A stretch of DNA of 64,000 bases from an uncultured Rikenellaceae bacterium (GTDB taxonomy: Bacteria; Bacteroidota; Bacteroidia; Bacteroidales; VadinHA17), in contig CAZWUB010000003.1 of assembly GCA_964637415.1 (NCBI GenBank), forward strand, positions 269 through 64,268, in the 5' to 3' direction. Below are positions 40,303 to 49,187 of the stretch, piece by piece. Under the pieces are notes generated by a model that worked only from the letters and a program-made list of their open reading frames with translations, searched no databases and was not told where the DNA came from. Position 1 is the first letter of the stretch; each line of letters opens with the position of its first letter. A program made the translations under genes and the position numbers.

Positions 40303-41121
40303 TTACTTGCTTTTCAGTGAAGCAGCAAAGTTCTGTGTCAGACTGAAACCTGCTTCGTCAATTTTGAAATTGTAGCCGTCAATATAGGATGAAAAATAGT
40401 TGAATGCAAGAATAGAAAGGGTTGAGCCTGTGATACCGAAGGCTGTGTTAACAAGTGCTTCGGAAATACCCTGTGAAAGAGCAAGTGCATCAGGTGCTCC
40501 GGATTGTGCAAGAGCAGCAAACGCCCTGATCATTCCGAGAACAGTTCCGATCAGCCCTATAAGCACGGATACTGAAGCAAGAGTTGAGAAGATCACCATG
40601 TTCCTTGATAGCATGGGCAGCTCAAGAGCTGTAGCTTCTTCAAATGATTTCTGAATTGAGAGGATTTTCTGGTCTTTTTCAAGTTCTTTGTCTGCCTGCA
40701 GATCACGATAACGGGCAAGACCGGCTCTCATAACATTTGCAAGCGATCCTTTCTGTTTGTCACATGCTTCGATGGCTTCTTCAATCTTGTCCTGCTCAAG
40801 AAGACCCTGAAGTTGTTTCAGGAATGAATTTAACCTGCCTTTTCCTTTTGCTCTCGAAAGGGTAATAGTCCTTTCAATAACGAAGATAATAAGTACCAGC
40901 ACACAGGTCATAAGAATCGGAACAATGAAACCACCTTTGTAAATAATTCCGAGATAGTTACCCTCCAGTGCATGTCCTTTCGGATTACCGCCTTCGAAAT
41001 TTATCGGATTACCCATTACATTGACGAACAATAAATAGGATACCACAAAAGCTATTAAAATAGCACTAACTGCAAAAATGTTTTGCAACGCATCTTTGAA
41101 CGAACTTCCTTGTTTACTCAT
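40303..41121 (-). CDS. exbB: MotA/TolQ/ExbB proton-channel protein
   Basis: Three TM helices. Reads LIGTVLGMIRAFAALA...ISEALVNTAFGI. 272 aa. Confidence 0.88.
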   Translation of the reverse strand: MSKQGSSFKDALQNIFAVSAILIAFVVSYLLFVNVMGNPINFEGGNPKGHALEGNYLGIIYKGGFIVPILMTCVLVLIIFVIERTITLSRAKGKGRLNSFLKQLQGLLEQDKIEEAIEACDKQKGSLANVMRAGLARYRDLQADKELEKDQKILSIQKSFEEATALELPMLSRNMVIFSTLASVSVLIGLIGTVLGMIRAFAALAQSGAPDALALSQGISEALVNTAFGITGSTLSILAFNYFSSYIDGYNFKIDEAGFSLTQNFAASLKSK

Positions 41122-41159
41122 TTTTATCGATTTGTTTAGGTTTAAGATTTAATGATTCG

Positions 41160-41167
41160 CAAATATA
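41160..41167 (-). promoter_or_regulatory. Candidate -7 promoter box (TATATTTG on the minus strand) for exbB-exbD-exbD-tonB
   Basis: Plus strand caaatata, 39 nt upstream of the exbB ATG. Confidence 0.35.
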
Positions 41168-41312
41168 TAAATTTTCAATTTTGTTTTCTCAACCGGAGAA
41201 AGAATAATATTAAACTTTTGGCAGTTTATTAATAATATTTATCAAAAACGAATATTTAGTCACAAAAAACTAATTCTGAGCTGCCGTAGCTTCTTTTTCA
41301 GTCCTCAGAATC

Positions 41313-43556
41313 TTATTTTTCTAAAGAAACGTTATAAACTCTCGATTTTGTGATAGGCACCTCTTTGGTTGTATAACCTTTTGCGCTTATCAGCAGAATT
41401 TCAGATCCCTGAGGGATTTCAAATTTATATTCACCTCTTGTATTTGACATCATCTCGGCCGCTGTATCTTTTACCCTGATAGAAGCATAAGCAATCGGCT
41501 GTTTAGTTGCCGCATCTCTTATTACTCCTTTTATCTCATTTGGATTGATACCTTTTCTTACCGAAGCTTCAAATTCACGTATATAGCTGATCTGGTTCTT
41601 TGCAGAGGCATTGTTGGGCTCTAAAGCCAGTATTTGTTCGTAAGCAGCAGCAGCTCTGGAAAGGAAAGGCAGACGTGCTTCATTAACTTTTTCCGAACCT
41701 GCAAGCCTGAGCTCGATAAGTCCGATTCCGTTATAACCGGCTATCCGGTTCTCTTTGTTTGCAGGATTGAGATTTATAAGCCTGTTGTATAAATCTCTGG
41801 AAGCATTATAGTTATCATTCGACATGTGATAATAGCCCAGATATTTCAGAGCCTCGACCATGCTATCTTCATTCTTCACAGAATCTTTTGCTGCAACATC
41901 AAGAAGTTTCTCGAATTTAGGTTTGGCCAGTCCCATTTTGGTATCAGGATCCATTCTTGAATAAGTACGGGCAATATATGTATATGCCGGAAGATAATCA
42001 GGATTTTTCTGCAGCACTATACTGAAGACAGAGTCAGCTGATTTGTACTTTTCTCCTATATAATATGCACGTCCGATCTGCATGTAGTCTTCAATCTTTT
42101 CATTGGCAGGATCGATAAGCTTAGCCCATGTCTTGGCAGCCTGATCATAACGTTTGAAGTTATAATAGTTTGTTGCCATTTCACTGAGCAGGCCTTTATC
42201 CTGAGGCTTCATTTCCAACACCTTGTCATATTCACTGAATCCCCTGTCAATTTCCTGGTCGGCTTTGTTGACTTTTGCTTTGGCTTCTTCAACCTTAGCT
42301 GTCAGCTCATCAAGGGCTGGTTTCAGTTTGGGTTTTACAGCAGCTGCGGCAGATGCATATTTACTCTGTTCTTTTTCAAGCCGGCCCTGTAGACTGGCGA
42401 GCTCATCAGAAATCTTGGAATAGTTCTGATTCTTTTTCATCAGTATTCTTGCCATATAATGATGGTCTTTCCAGAGAATCCTGTCTTCCGGAAGGGCTTT
42501 GAAAAGCTCTTCCATATAAGAAAGGGCTTTGTCGTAATCTGCATTTTTCTTTTCATAGCTCGAGTAACCTGCAAGACGGTTCATATAGGCTCTTGATTTG
42601 TCAACAGCAAGAATCTCTTCAACATTCCTGATTACCTCATCGTAATCGCCTGCATAGAATAATGCGTTAACATAACGTGTCTGGGCAGGTATATTTCCCT
42701 CGTTGAGTTCAAGGTATTTCTTATAATTTGATTTGGATTGTTCAAGTCTCTGAGCCATCCAGTAAAGCTGACCAAGTTCCCTGTAGGCAGGAGCATAATT
42801 CGGATCAAGGCTGATGGCTTCCTCGAAATAGGGTATAGCTGCATTCAGACTTTTTCCTCTTACATAAATACTACCGATCTTCATATTTGCAGTCGGCGAT
42901 TTGGGATCAGCAAACTGAGCCAGATTATAATTTTTTATTGCATTTGATCCGTCATTGGCCAGTATATAAATATCACCTGCAATGAGGTAGATCTCAGGAT
43001 TTTTTGAATCAATTGTTATCGCCTGCCTTATCAGAGGTAATGCGGAAGCGGTGTCAACCTGCTTTTCCTTTATATACGTTTCAGCAATTTTTGCAAGGGC
43101 AAATGCATAATCCTGGGCCGGAGGGCTGATCTTCCGTAGATTTTTATATGGAAGAAGAAAACTCTTTGCTTTGGCACGCATTTCTGCAGCTGTCTTTTCA
43201 TCTCCCTGATAAACGGCAACTTTGGCAAGTCCTATGTAGTTGAGAGGATCATTCGGATTGGCATTTACACCTTTCTGGAAGGTCTCTTTTGCTGTATTTG
43301 TTGCAAGACTGAATGAATTGGATATTGTATCTGCATAATAATCCAGCAGATAATTTTCACCAAGATAATAATAGTTCCTGGCGTTTGAAGGTTCTTTCTG
43401 GATCAGTTGCTGAAGCATTTCTCCGGCTTTATCATATTGTTCGCTCTTTGTAAGAAGCAACGCGCTTGAAAGGTCCTGAGCCTGGCTGTTGCTTATAAAC
43501 AAACCTGCCAGAAACCCTGCCAGAAATAAACCTTTTGTAAAAATAGAACGTCTCAT
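41313..43556 (-). CDS. TPR-repeat protein with C-terminal carboxypeptidase-regulatory-like domain
   Basis: Signal MRRSIFTKGLFLAGFLAGLFISNSQAQ, many TPR units and a coiled segment. The C-terminus IKGVIRDAATKQPIAYASIRVKD...GEYKFEIPQGSEILLISAKGY is CarboxypepD_reg-like. Confidence 0.7.
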   Translation of the reverse strand: MRRSIFTKGLFLAGFLAGLFISNSQAQDLSSALLLTKSEQYDKAGEMLQQLIQKEPSNARNYYYLGENYLLDYYADTISNSFSLATNTAKETFQKGVNANPNDPLNYIGLAKVAVYQGDEKTAAEMRAKAKSFLLPYKNLRKISPPAQDYAFALAKIAETYIKEKQVDTASALPLIRQAITIDSKNPEIYLIAGDIYILANDGSNAIKNYNLAQFADPKSPTANMKIGSIYVRGKSLNAAIPYFEEAISLDPNYAPAYRELGQLYWMAQRLEQSKSNYKKYLELNEGNIPAQTRYVNALFYAGDYDEVIRNVEEILAVDKSRAYMNRLAGYSSYEKKNADYDKALSYMEELFKALPEDRILWKDHHYMARILMKKNQNYSKISDELASLQGRLEKEQSKYASAAAAVKPKLKPALDELTAKVEEAKAKVNKADQEIDRGFSEYDKVLEMKPQDKGLLSEMATNYYNFKRYDQAAKTWAKLIDPANEKIEDYMQIGRAYYIGEKYKSADSVFSIVLQKNPDYLPAYTYIARTYSRMDPDTKMGLAKPKFEKLLDVAAKDSVKNEDSMVEALKYLGYYHMSNDNYNASRDLYNRLINLNPANKENRIAGYNGIGLIELRLAGSEKVNEARLPFLSRAAAAYEQILALEPNNASAKNQISYIREFEASVRKGINPNEIKGVIRDAATKQPIAYASIRVKDTAAEMMSNTRGEYKFEIPQGSEILLISAKGYTTKEVPITKSRVYNVSLEK

Positions 43557-43687
43557 AGCTGTTTTTTTATTTTGGTGTCAATAATACTAATTTTTCTTTT
43601 ACACTTGTCTTTAACTTATATATTTAATACTTTTTAATACTCATCTTTCACCGACTGGTTATTAATCCCTGGCTCTGTTACTTACTT

Positions 43688-43716
43688 ACCCACCCCCATC
43701 CCCTCCCGGGAGGGGA
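43688..43716. repeat. C-rich box (ACCCACCCC) followed by a 16-nt perfect GC palindrome CCCCTCCCGGGAGGGG
   Basis: The palindrome is at 43700..43715. The box plus CCTCCCG recurs at 53247..53275, and a relative occurs at 52297..52343. Confidence 0.8.
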
Positions 43717-43738
43717 GCCACTGATTCGTCACACACGC

Positions 43739-43791
43739 CTCACTACTCACTACTCACTACTCACTACTCACTACTCACTACTCACTACTCA
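43739..43791. repeat. Heptanucleotide tandem array (CTCACTA) x7 plus a partial unit
   Basis: Seven perfect units span 43739..43787. On the minus strand each unit is TAGTGAG, and the first TAG (complement 43785..87) is the stop codon of the PstS-like gene. Confidence 0.95.
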
Positions 43792-44819
43792 TTCCTTATC
43801 TGCACCAGCCTTATCGGCATTGTTGCAGGTACAAGCCCTGATTTAAGAACGATCCTCTGACCCTGTTCAGCGGTTGCCCACTGAATAAAACCTGCACCAA
43901 GCCCTTTAAAAGTTTCCCTTGTGATGAGAAAGACTTCTCTAACAAAGGGATAGGATTTATCATAGATCCAGCCCTGATCTGGTCGGTAATAAGAACCATC
44001 GTCCAGAATTGGTCGTGATATTCCCAGAATATTTACTTTATTTCTGAAACCAACACTTGTCGCATCATCCTTGTCGCTTATCCAGTTCACACTTACAATA
44101 CCCAGGGCATCCGGATTCCTTGAAACAAATTCTATGACTTCGGGATTGGTATTAACTGCATAGAAATTACCGGGTAAAGCTTCTTTTATTTCAAAAAGCT
44201 CCTTAAAGAACCTGATGTTACCCGATTTTGTATTGTCAAATATAACACGTATATCTCCAAGCTTTGATTTGGGATCAAGATCTTTCCACGATACTGCTTT
44301 TCCAAGGAAAATATCGCGAACCTGTTCGTATTTAAGCAATGTATCCTGATTCTCCTTATTTGTTACAAGTGCCAGTCCGTCGTAAGCAAAAGTGATTGTA
44401 CGGGCAACGATAAGACTGTCTCTTAAATATTTTATCTGATCTTCAGTAAGTTTTCTGCTTGTGACTATAACTTTTACTGAATCGTTCATGAAATCATTAA
44501 TCACATCAAACTCAGGTTTATACTGGGGTTTGATTTTCGCATTTGTATAAAGCTGTGTGAAAGTTGAAACTTCAGTATCAATAACCGGCTGGAACGACTC
44601 GTCTGCAGTAATTTTTATATTACCTCTGGTTGGTGTCTCATCAGTTGCCGTACCTCCTCCCATGCATGAATACAAAGCTATGAGAGACAGGCTGAGTACA
44701 GCAAACATAAATGAATTAAGGATTTTGTTTTTCCGGACACCTTTATTTTCATAAATAGCCTGCAGTATTTCCCGCGGGGAGATCATCCTGTATTTCTTAA
44801 TTAATTCCGGAATACTCAT
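43785..44819 (-). CDS. PstS-family phosphate-binding-protein-like lipoprotein
   Basis: Lipobox SLIALYSC, then GNIKITADESFQPVIDTEV...SGNIRFF...ALGIVSVNW, a periplasmic-binding fold of PstS type as I recall. The start is uncertain (M1 or M12). Confidence 0.65.
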   Translation of the reverse strand: MSIPELIKKYRMISPREILQAIYENKGVRKNKILNSFMFAVLSLSLIALYSCMGGGTATDETPTRGNIKITADESFQPVIDTEVSTFTQLYTNAKIKPQYKPEFDVINDFMNDSVKVIVTSRKLTEDQIKYLRDSLIVARTITFAYDGLALVTNKENQDTLLKYEQVRDIFLGKAVSWKDLDPKSKLGDIRVIFDNTKSGNIRFFKELFEIKEALPGNFYAVNTNPEVIEFVSRNPDALGIVSVNWISDKDDATSVGFRNKVNILGISRPILDDGSYYRPDQGWIYDKSYPFVREVFLITRETFKGLGAGFIQWATAEQGQRIVLKSGLVPATMPIRLVQIRNE

Positions 44820-44910
44820 ATCATCATTATATTAAGTCTTTGCTAATACACAATACAACAAAGTGTATGCCAAGACAAATGCAGGAGAAATAAAAAACGG
44901 AGAGGAAGAT

Positions 44911-45147
44911 TTATTCTTCATCCTCGTTTTTAGTAAAAAAGGCGTCGACCAATTGTTTATAGCTTACAAAAATTCTGTAAATTCCGTAGAGCAGGAAGGC
45001 ACCTCCCATAATACCGAATAAAGCTTTATTCAAATTGAAGTACCTGTCTGCAAAAAACAGGAAGAAAATGCCGCCACCTATATAGAACATCACCATAAAA
45101 ACCCCGAAAATGGCATAAATCTGCTGAAGTATCCTGTTATTGTCCAT
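44911..45147 (-). CDS. Small two-TM membrane protein (78 aa), hypothetical
   Basis: Two strongly hydrophobic segments (IFGVFMVMFYIGGGIFFLFF and LFGIMGGAFLLYGIY). No recognisable motif. Confidence 0.45.
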   Translation of the reverse strand: MDNNRILQQIYAIFGVFMVMFYIGGGIFFLFFADRYFNLNKALFGIMGGAFLLYGIYRIFVSYKQLVDAFFTKNEDEE

Positions 45148-45242
45148 AATGAAAAGTTAATGACAAATAAAAGAAAAATCAGTTAGAATTCAAAAGAATT
45201 AAAAATGTTATTGATAAATGAACTAAAATAATAGGTGAATGT

Positions 45243-46463
45243 TTATTTAATTAAGAGAGAACTGTCTCCATAACTCAAAAATCTGAAGTTGTTGGCGAGG
45301 GCAAAATCGTATATTCTTTTCCAGTCATCTCCGATCCATGCCGATACGAGTAGCAGGAGTGTACTGCCCGGTTGATGAAAATTTGTCACCATACCCCTGA
45401 TCATCCTGAACTTATATCCGGGAATAATAATTATTTCAGTTGAAGCATGAAGAATATCAGTCCCATTTCTTTTCATCGTATTCAGCAGAGAAGACAAAGC
45501 TTCTTCGACAGACCAGTCTGTTGCGGTGTTGTAAGGATCCCATTGTCCGGTGAAAAAATCAGAATCATCTATCAAAGAAGATTGTAGAGATTTAACACCC
45601 AGCCAGTAAATGCTTTCCAGTGTTCTGACGCTCGTAGTTCCTACGGCTATTATCCTGTTACGATCCGAAAGCAGGGTTTCAAGTGTTTCGCGGCTTACAG
45701 AAAAATGTTCGCAGTGCATTACATGATCCCTGAGATCACCTGATTTGATTGGTTTGAATGTTCCTGCTCCGACATGAAGTGTGATTTCAGAGGTTCTTAT
45801 ACCTTTATTTAATATATCAGCAAAAACCTTTTCTGTGAAATGCAATCCGGCTGTCGGTGCAGCTACAGAACCGATGATTTTTCCGAAAACGGTCTGATAG
45901 CGTACATAATCAGTCTCTTCATCTTTCCTGTTAAGGTACGGAGGCAGGGGAATATGACCTGCAGATCCGATAACTTCACCGAAACTTATATCAGATGGTT
46001 CCCAGATGAACCTTATCCGCCATACTTCTCCTGCCTGATCTCCTTTTATAGCTGTCAGCTTATATTGCTTCTCATTCAATTTAAAGATCATGGTCAAGTA
46101 TCCTTTTTTCCATTTTTTGAGATTACCGATTATGCATTTCCATTCTACATTTCTGCCAGATGCAAATGTCTCTTCGTAACTTGCCGGATCTGAAGGCTCA
46201 ATCAGAAATATTTCAATAACCGAACCTGTGTTTTTGGTAAAAAGAAGCCTTGCCCTTATAACCTTCGTATTGTTGAAAACCAGAAGGGAATCAGATTGTA
46301 TATGATTTGCGATATTACAGAAAACATCGTTTTCAATTATTCCATTTCTGTAAACAAGCAATCTGGATGCGTCCCTTTCAGCTGCCGGGTATTTTGCAAT
46401 TCTGTCTCCGGAAAGGGCATAATTATAATCATCAATATTTATTTTTCCTGTAAAATTTTTCAT
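45243..46463 (-). CDS. queA: S-adenosylmethionine:tRNA ribosyltransferase-isomerase
   Basis: Reads IPLPPYL, YQTVFGK..GSVAAPTAGLHFT, LHVGAGTFKP, AVGTTSVRTLES, TNFHQPGSTLLLLVSA. 406 aa. Confidence 0.9.
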   Translation of the reverse strand: MKNFTGKINIDDYNYALSGDRIAKYPAAERDASRLLVYRNGIIENDVFCNIANHIQSDSLLVFNNTKVIRARLLFTKNTGSVIEIFLIEPSDPASYEETFASGRNVEWKCIIGNLKKWKKGYLTMIFKLNEKQYKLTAIKGDQAGEVWRIRFIWEPSDISFGEVIGSAGHIPLPPYLNRKDEETDYVRYQTVFGKIIGSVAAPTAGLHFTEKVFADILNKGIRTSEITLHVGAGTFKPIKSGDLRDHVMHCEHFSVSRETLETLLSDRNRIIAVGTTSVRTLESIYWLGVKSLQSSLIDDSDFFTGQWDPYNTATDWSVEEALSSLLNTMKRNGTDILHASTEIIIIPGYKFRMIRGMVTNFHQPGSTLLLLVSAWIGDDWKRIYDFALANNFRFLSYGDSSLLIK

Positions 46464-46523
46464 GGTAAAAAGTCCGGTAAAATAACCAAATTAAATTCTT
46501 ACACGCAAACCGGTAATATTTAG

Positions 46524-46531
46524 TACCTTTG
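46524..46531 (+). promoter_or_regulatory. Candidate -7 promoter box TACCTTTG for rnpB
   Basis: Exact TAnnTTTG match ending 5 nt before the inferred RNase P RNA 5' end (46536). Confidence 0.45.
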
Positions 46532-46535
46532 CACT

Positions 46536-46936
46536 GCAGCAGGCTGGTCCGTCGTCCCGCTTCAGGCGGGAAGGAAAGTCCGGGCAACAAAGAGCACCAT
46601 GCTACCTAACGGGTAGATATCCGCGAGGGTATAGTAGTGTAACAGAAAATTACTTCCGGTCAAAAACTGCGAAGGTCAGCCTTCGTCAGGACTTAGGCCG
46701 GTAAAGGTGAAAAGGCGGGGTAAGAGCCCACCGGTTTCTGTGGCAACACGGGAAGCCGTACATCTCATGGGTTGAAAGATCATGTATACCGGCAGTGAGG
46801 GCTGCTCGTCCGACGCCGGGGGGTAGATCGTATGATCATACCAGCAATGGTATGACAAGATAAATGACGGAAAACGGTTTCAATTTCTTTCGCAGAAGAC
46901 GAAACCGGACAGAACCCGGCTTACAGGCCGGCTGCA
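46536..46936 (+). ncRNA. rnpB: RNase P RNA (bacterial type A)
   Basis: The universally conserved blocks are read on the plus strand: GGAAGGAAAGTCCGGGC, ACAGAAA, CCGGTAAAGGTGAAAAGGCGGGGTAAGAGCCCACCG, CAAGATAAATGAC, ACAGAACCCGGCTTAC. The 5' GCAGC and 3' GCTGC pair as P1. ORF 46676..46858(-) is spurious. Confidence 0.92.
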
Positions 46937-46939
46937 TAT

Positions 46940-46970
46940 TGTAGAGACGCCCAAATTGGGCGTCTCTACA
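46940..46970 (+). terminator. Intrinsic terminator after rnpB (also downstream of the convergent LolA-like gene)
   Basis: tgtagagacgccca / tgggcgtctctaca forms a 14-15 bp perfect stem, followed by aattttattt on the plus strand. Confidence 0.7.
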
Positions 46971-46974
46971 AATT

Positions 46975-47676
46975 TTATTTCAATTTGAAAATGCTGTCTT
47001 CCATCGGAATGTCAACCTCTACGTTTGTGAAATTAATCACCATTTCCATTCCGCTGACAGATGTTGTCGTTTTCATGGGCATGATCAGGCCGTTAATTTC
47101 CTTGTAATCTGAAGGATATGTTTCAACTGTGGCAGGCATGCCGCCCTGGGTTACATCCATTTTCTGTTTAACAAGAAGCCAGCTTGCCTTATCTATATAA
47201 AGGTAGCTTACTGTTCCCGGTTCAATTGTAGCTTTTACCTTAACCGTTTGTTTGCCGTTGACGGCCTCTTCTCCTGCTATTTCAAGCTGGCCGTTCTTCT
47301 GGTATTTGTCAAGCATGTTCTCGAAATTATTATTCCGTAAAAGTTGTTTTATTTCTTCTGAACCCATTTCAACAGGCTGTGTTGAACCGGTCATCGGATT
47401 AACAGAATATCCTTTTTCGCCATCATAGGCCTGTATGATCTCCTGGCCGCTCATATTCATTACCGATTTGATTTTATTCGGATTCTTCATCCATATCTCC
47501 ATAGGCATTTCCATACCCATCATAGACATCTTTGCTGTGATTTTTATAGTCTTCTTATTTGCGACCTGGTCAAGTTTATTGGCTTTTGTATAATTCTTTA
47601 CAATGTCATCCAGAGACTGGGCGTTTATCATCAGAGATGAAATCAGACATGTTACGATAAAAAAAATCTTTTTCAT
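46975..47676 (-). CDS. LolA-like outer-membrane lipoprotein-sorting-type protein
   Basis: Signal MKKIFFIVTCLISSLMINAQS. A 233-aa Met-rich beta protein. The assignment rests on overall resemblance only. Confidence 0.5.
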   Translation of the reverse strand: MKKIFFIVTCLISSLMINAQSLDDIVKNYTKANKLDQVANKKTIKITAKMSMMGMEMPMEIWMKNPNKIKSVMNMSGQEIIQAYDGEKGYSVNPMTGSTQPVEMGSEEIKQLLRNNNFENMLDKYQKNGQLEIAGEEAVNGKQTVKVKATIEPGTVSYLYIDKASWLLVKQKMDVTQGGMPATVETYPSDYKEINGLIMPMKTTTSVSGMEMVINFTNVEVDIPMEDSIFKLK

Positions 47677-47744
47677 TTTTATTAATTTAAGTTTATAGTG
47701 ATCGTAAAATTAATGTTTTTGAAGGCACATTATAAAATTATCTG

Positions 47745-49046
47745 TTACTTTTTATCATAATCATAAAAACCTTTCCAGAGGCCCGACAGTTTTTTTCTCA
47801 TCTCTTCTTCCCTGGGATTAGTTCCCGGATCATAAAATTTCGTCCCCTTTATTTCTTCCGGAAGAAAATCATCGGGTATGAAATTGCCCTCATAACTATG
47901 TGCATATTTATAATCCTTGTGATACCCGAGATCTTTCATCAGCTTTGTGGGTGCGTTCCTGATATGAAGGGGGACCGGCAGATCACCTTTGTCTCTCACG
48001 GCAGCTATGGCTTCTTCTATTGCCATATAAGCTGAATTGCTCTTTGGAGAGGTGGCCAGGTAAATAGCTGCTTCTGATAGTATTATCCTCGATTCAGGCC
48101 ATCCGATGACGTTTACTGCCTCAAAACACGATTGTGCAAGCAACAGGGCATTGGGATTGGCAATACCGATATCTTCCGCTGCAAGTATCAACATTCTTCT
48201 GGCAATGAATTTTGGATCCTCTCCGCCTTCTACCATACGGGCAAGCCAGTAAACTGCGGCATTCGGATCACTTCCACGCATCGATTTAATGAAGGCAGAA
48301 ATGATATCATAATGCTGTTCACCTTTCTTGTCATACATGGCGAGGTTCTTCTGGACATGCATCAGAACCTTTTCGTCGGTTATAATTATTTTTTCTTCAT
48401 TCTCCTTACTTTTTTCGGAAGATACTACCAGCTCAAGGGCATTAAACAGCTTTCTGGCATCTCCTCCTGACACTCTTAAAAGTGCCTCGTATTCAGCTAT
48501 TTCGATATCATATTCTGCAAGGTATGGATCTTTTTTAAGAGCCCTTTCCAGCAATCCGGTTAGTTCTTCCTTACCGAGAGGATTCATCACAAAGACCTGG
48601 CAACGCGAAAGGAGGGGGGATATCACTTCAAATGATGGATTCTCCGTAGTGGCACCGATAAGTGTAATGATTCCCTGTTCAACGGCACTCAGTAATGAAT
48701 CCTGCTGTGATTTACTGAACCGGTGTATTTCATCTATGAAAAGGATAGGATTTGGCTGATTGAAAAATTGTTGTTTCCGCGCCTTTTCAATAGTTTCCCT
48801 TACATCCTTAACCCCTGAATGCACTGCGCTAAGGTGATAAAAAGGTCTTTTCAGTGTGTTGGCAATGATCCAGGCCAGTGTGGTTTTGCCGACTCCGGGA
48901 GGACCCCACAAAATAAAGGACGGGATATTCCCCGATTCGATCAGCTTTCTGAGTACTGAATTATTTCCAACAAGGTGTTCCTGTCCGCAAAATTCATCAA
49001 GATCCCTTGGCCGCAATCTTTCTGCCAGAGGTTGGTTGGGCAACAT
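47745..49046 (-). CDS. rarA: Replication-associated recombination protein A (MgsA/RarA AAA+ ATPase)
   Basis: Reads LAERLRPRDLDEFCGQEHL, LWGPPGVGKTTLA, LFIDEIHRFSKSQQD, GATTENPSFE, RGSDPNAAVYWLARM. Confidence 0.93.
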   Translation of the reverse strand: MLPNQPLAERLRPRDLDEFCGQEHLVGNNSVLRKLIESGNIPSFILWGPPGVGKTTLAWIIANTLKRPFYHLSAVHSGVKDVRETIEKARKQQFFNQPNPILFIDEIHRFSKSQQDSLLSAVEQGIITLIGATTENPSFEVISPLLSRCQVFVMNPLGKEELTGLLERALKKDPYLAEYDIEIAEYEALLRVSGGDARKLFNALELVVSSEKSKENEEKIIITDEKVLMHVQKNLAMYDKKGEQHYDIISAFIKSMRGSDPNAAVYWLARMVEGGEDPKFIARRMLILAAEDIGIANPNALLLAQSCFEAVNVIGWPESRIILSEAAIYLATSPKSNSAYMAIEEAIAAVRDKGDLPVPLHIRNAPTKLMKDLGYHKDYKYAHSYEGNFIPDDFLPEEIKGTKFYDPGTNPREEEMRKKLSGLWKGFYDYDKK

Positions 49047-49151
49047 ATTAAATAAGTTTACGTAAAAGTAGTAAAATATTATTTCACCAGGGAAATGGCT
49101 GACGAAGTAGTAAGTTTTGAAGGAAGATATCAGCCTGTGGGCCGGTTTTAT

Positions 49152-49159
49152 TATATTTG
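49152..49159 (+). promoter_or_regulatory. Candidate -7 promoter box TATATTTG for ggt
   Basis: Exact TAnnTTTG match 29 nt before ATG 49188. Confidence 0.35.
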
Positions 49160-49187
49160 AGGTCAGTAAGCCATGCAGTAAAATCTT

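Noticed and set aside
45243-46463. QueA is 406 aa, longer than the ~350-aa enzyme I remember from E. coli
   Set aside because: All catalytic blocks are in order. The extra length is an internal insertion after the VGTTSVRTLES block, which may be lineage-typical. I cannot judge its novelty without an alignment.
46676-46858. 60-aa minus-strand ORF
   Set aside because: It lies entirely inside the RNase P RNA gene.
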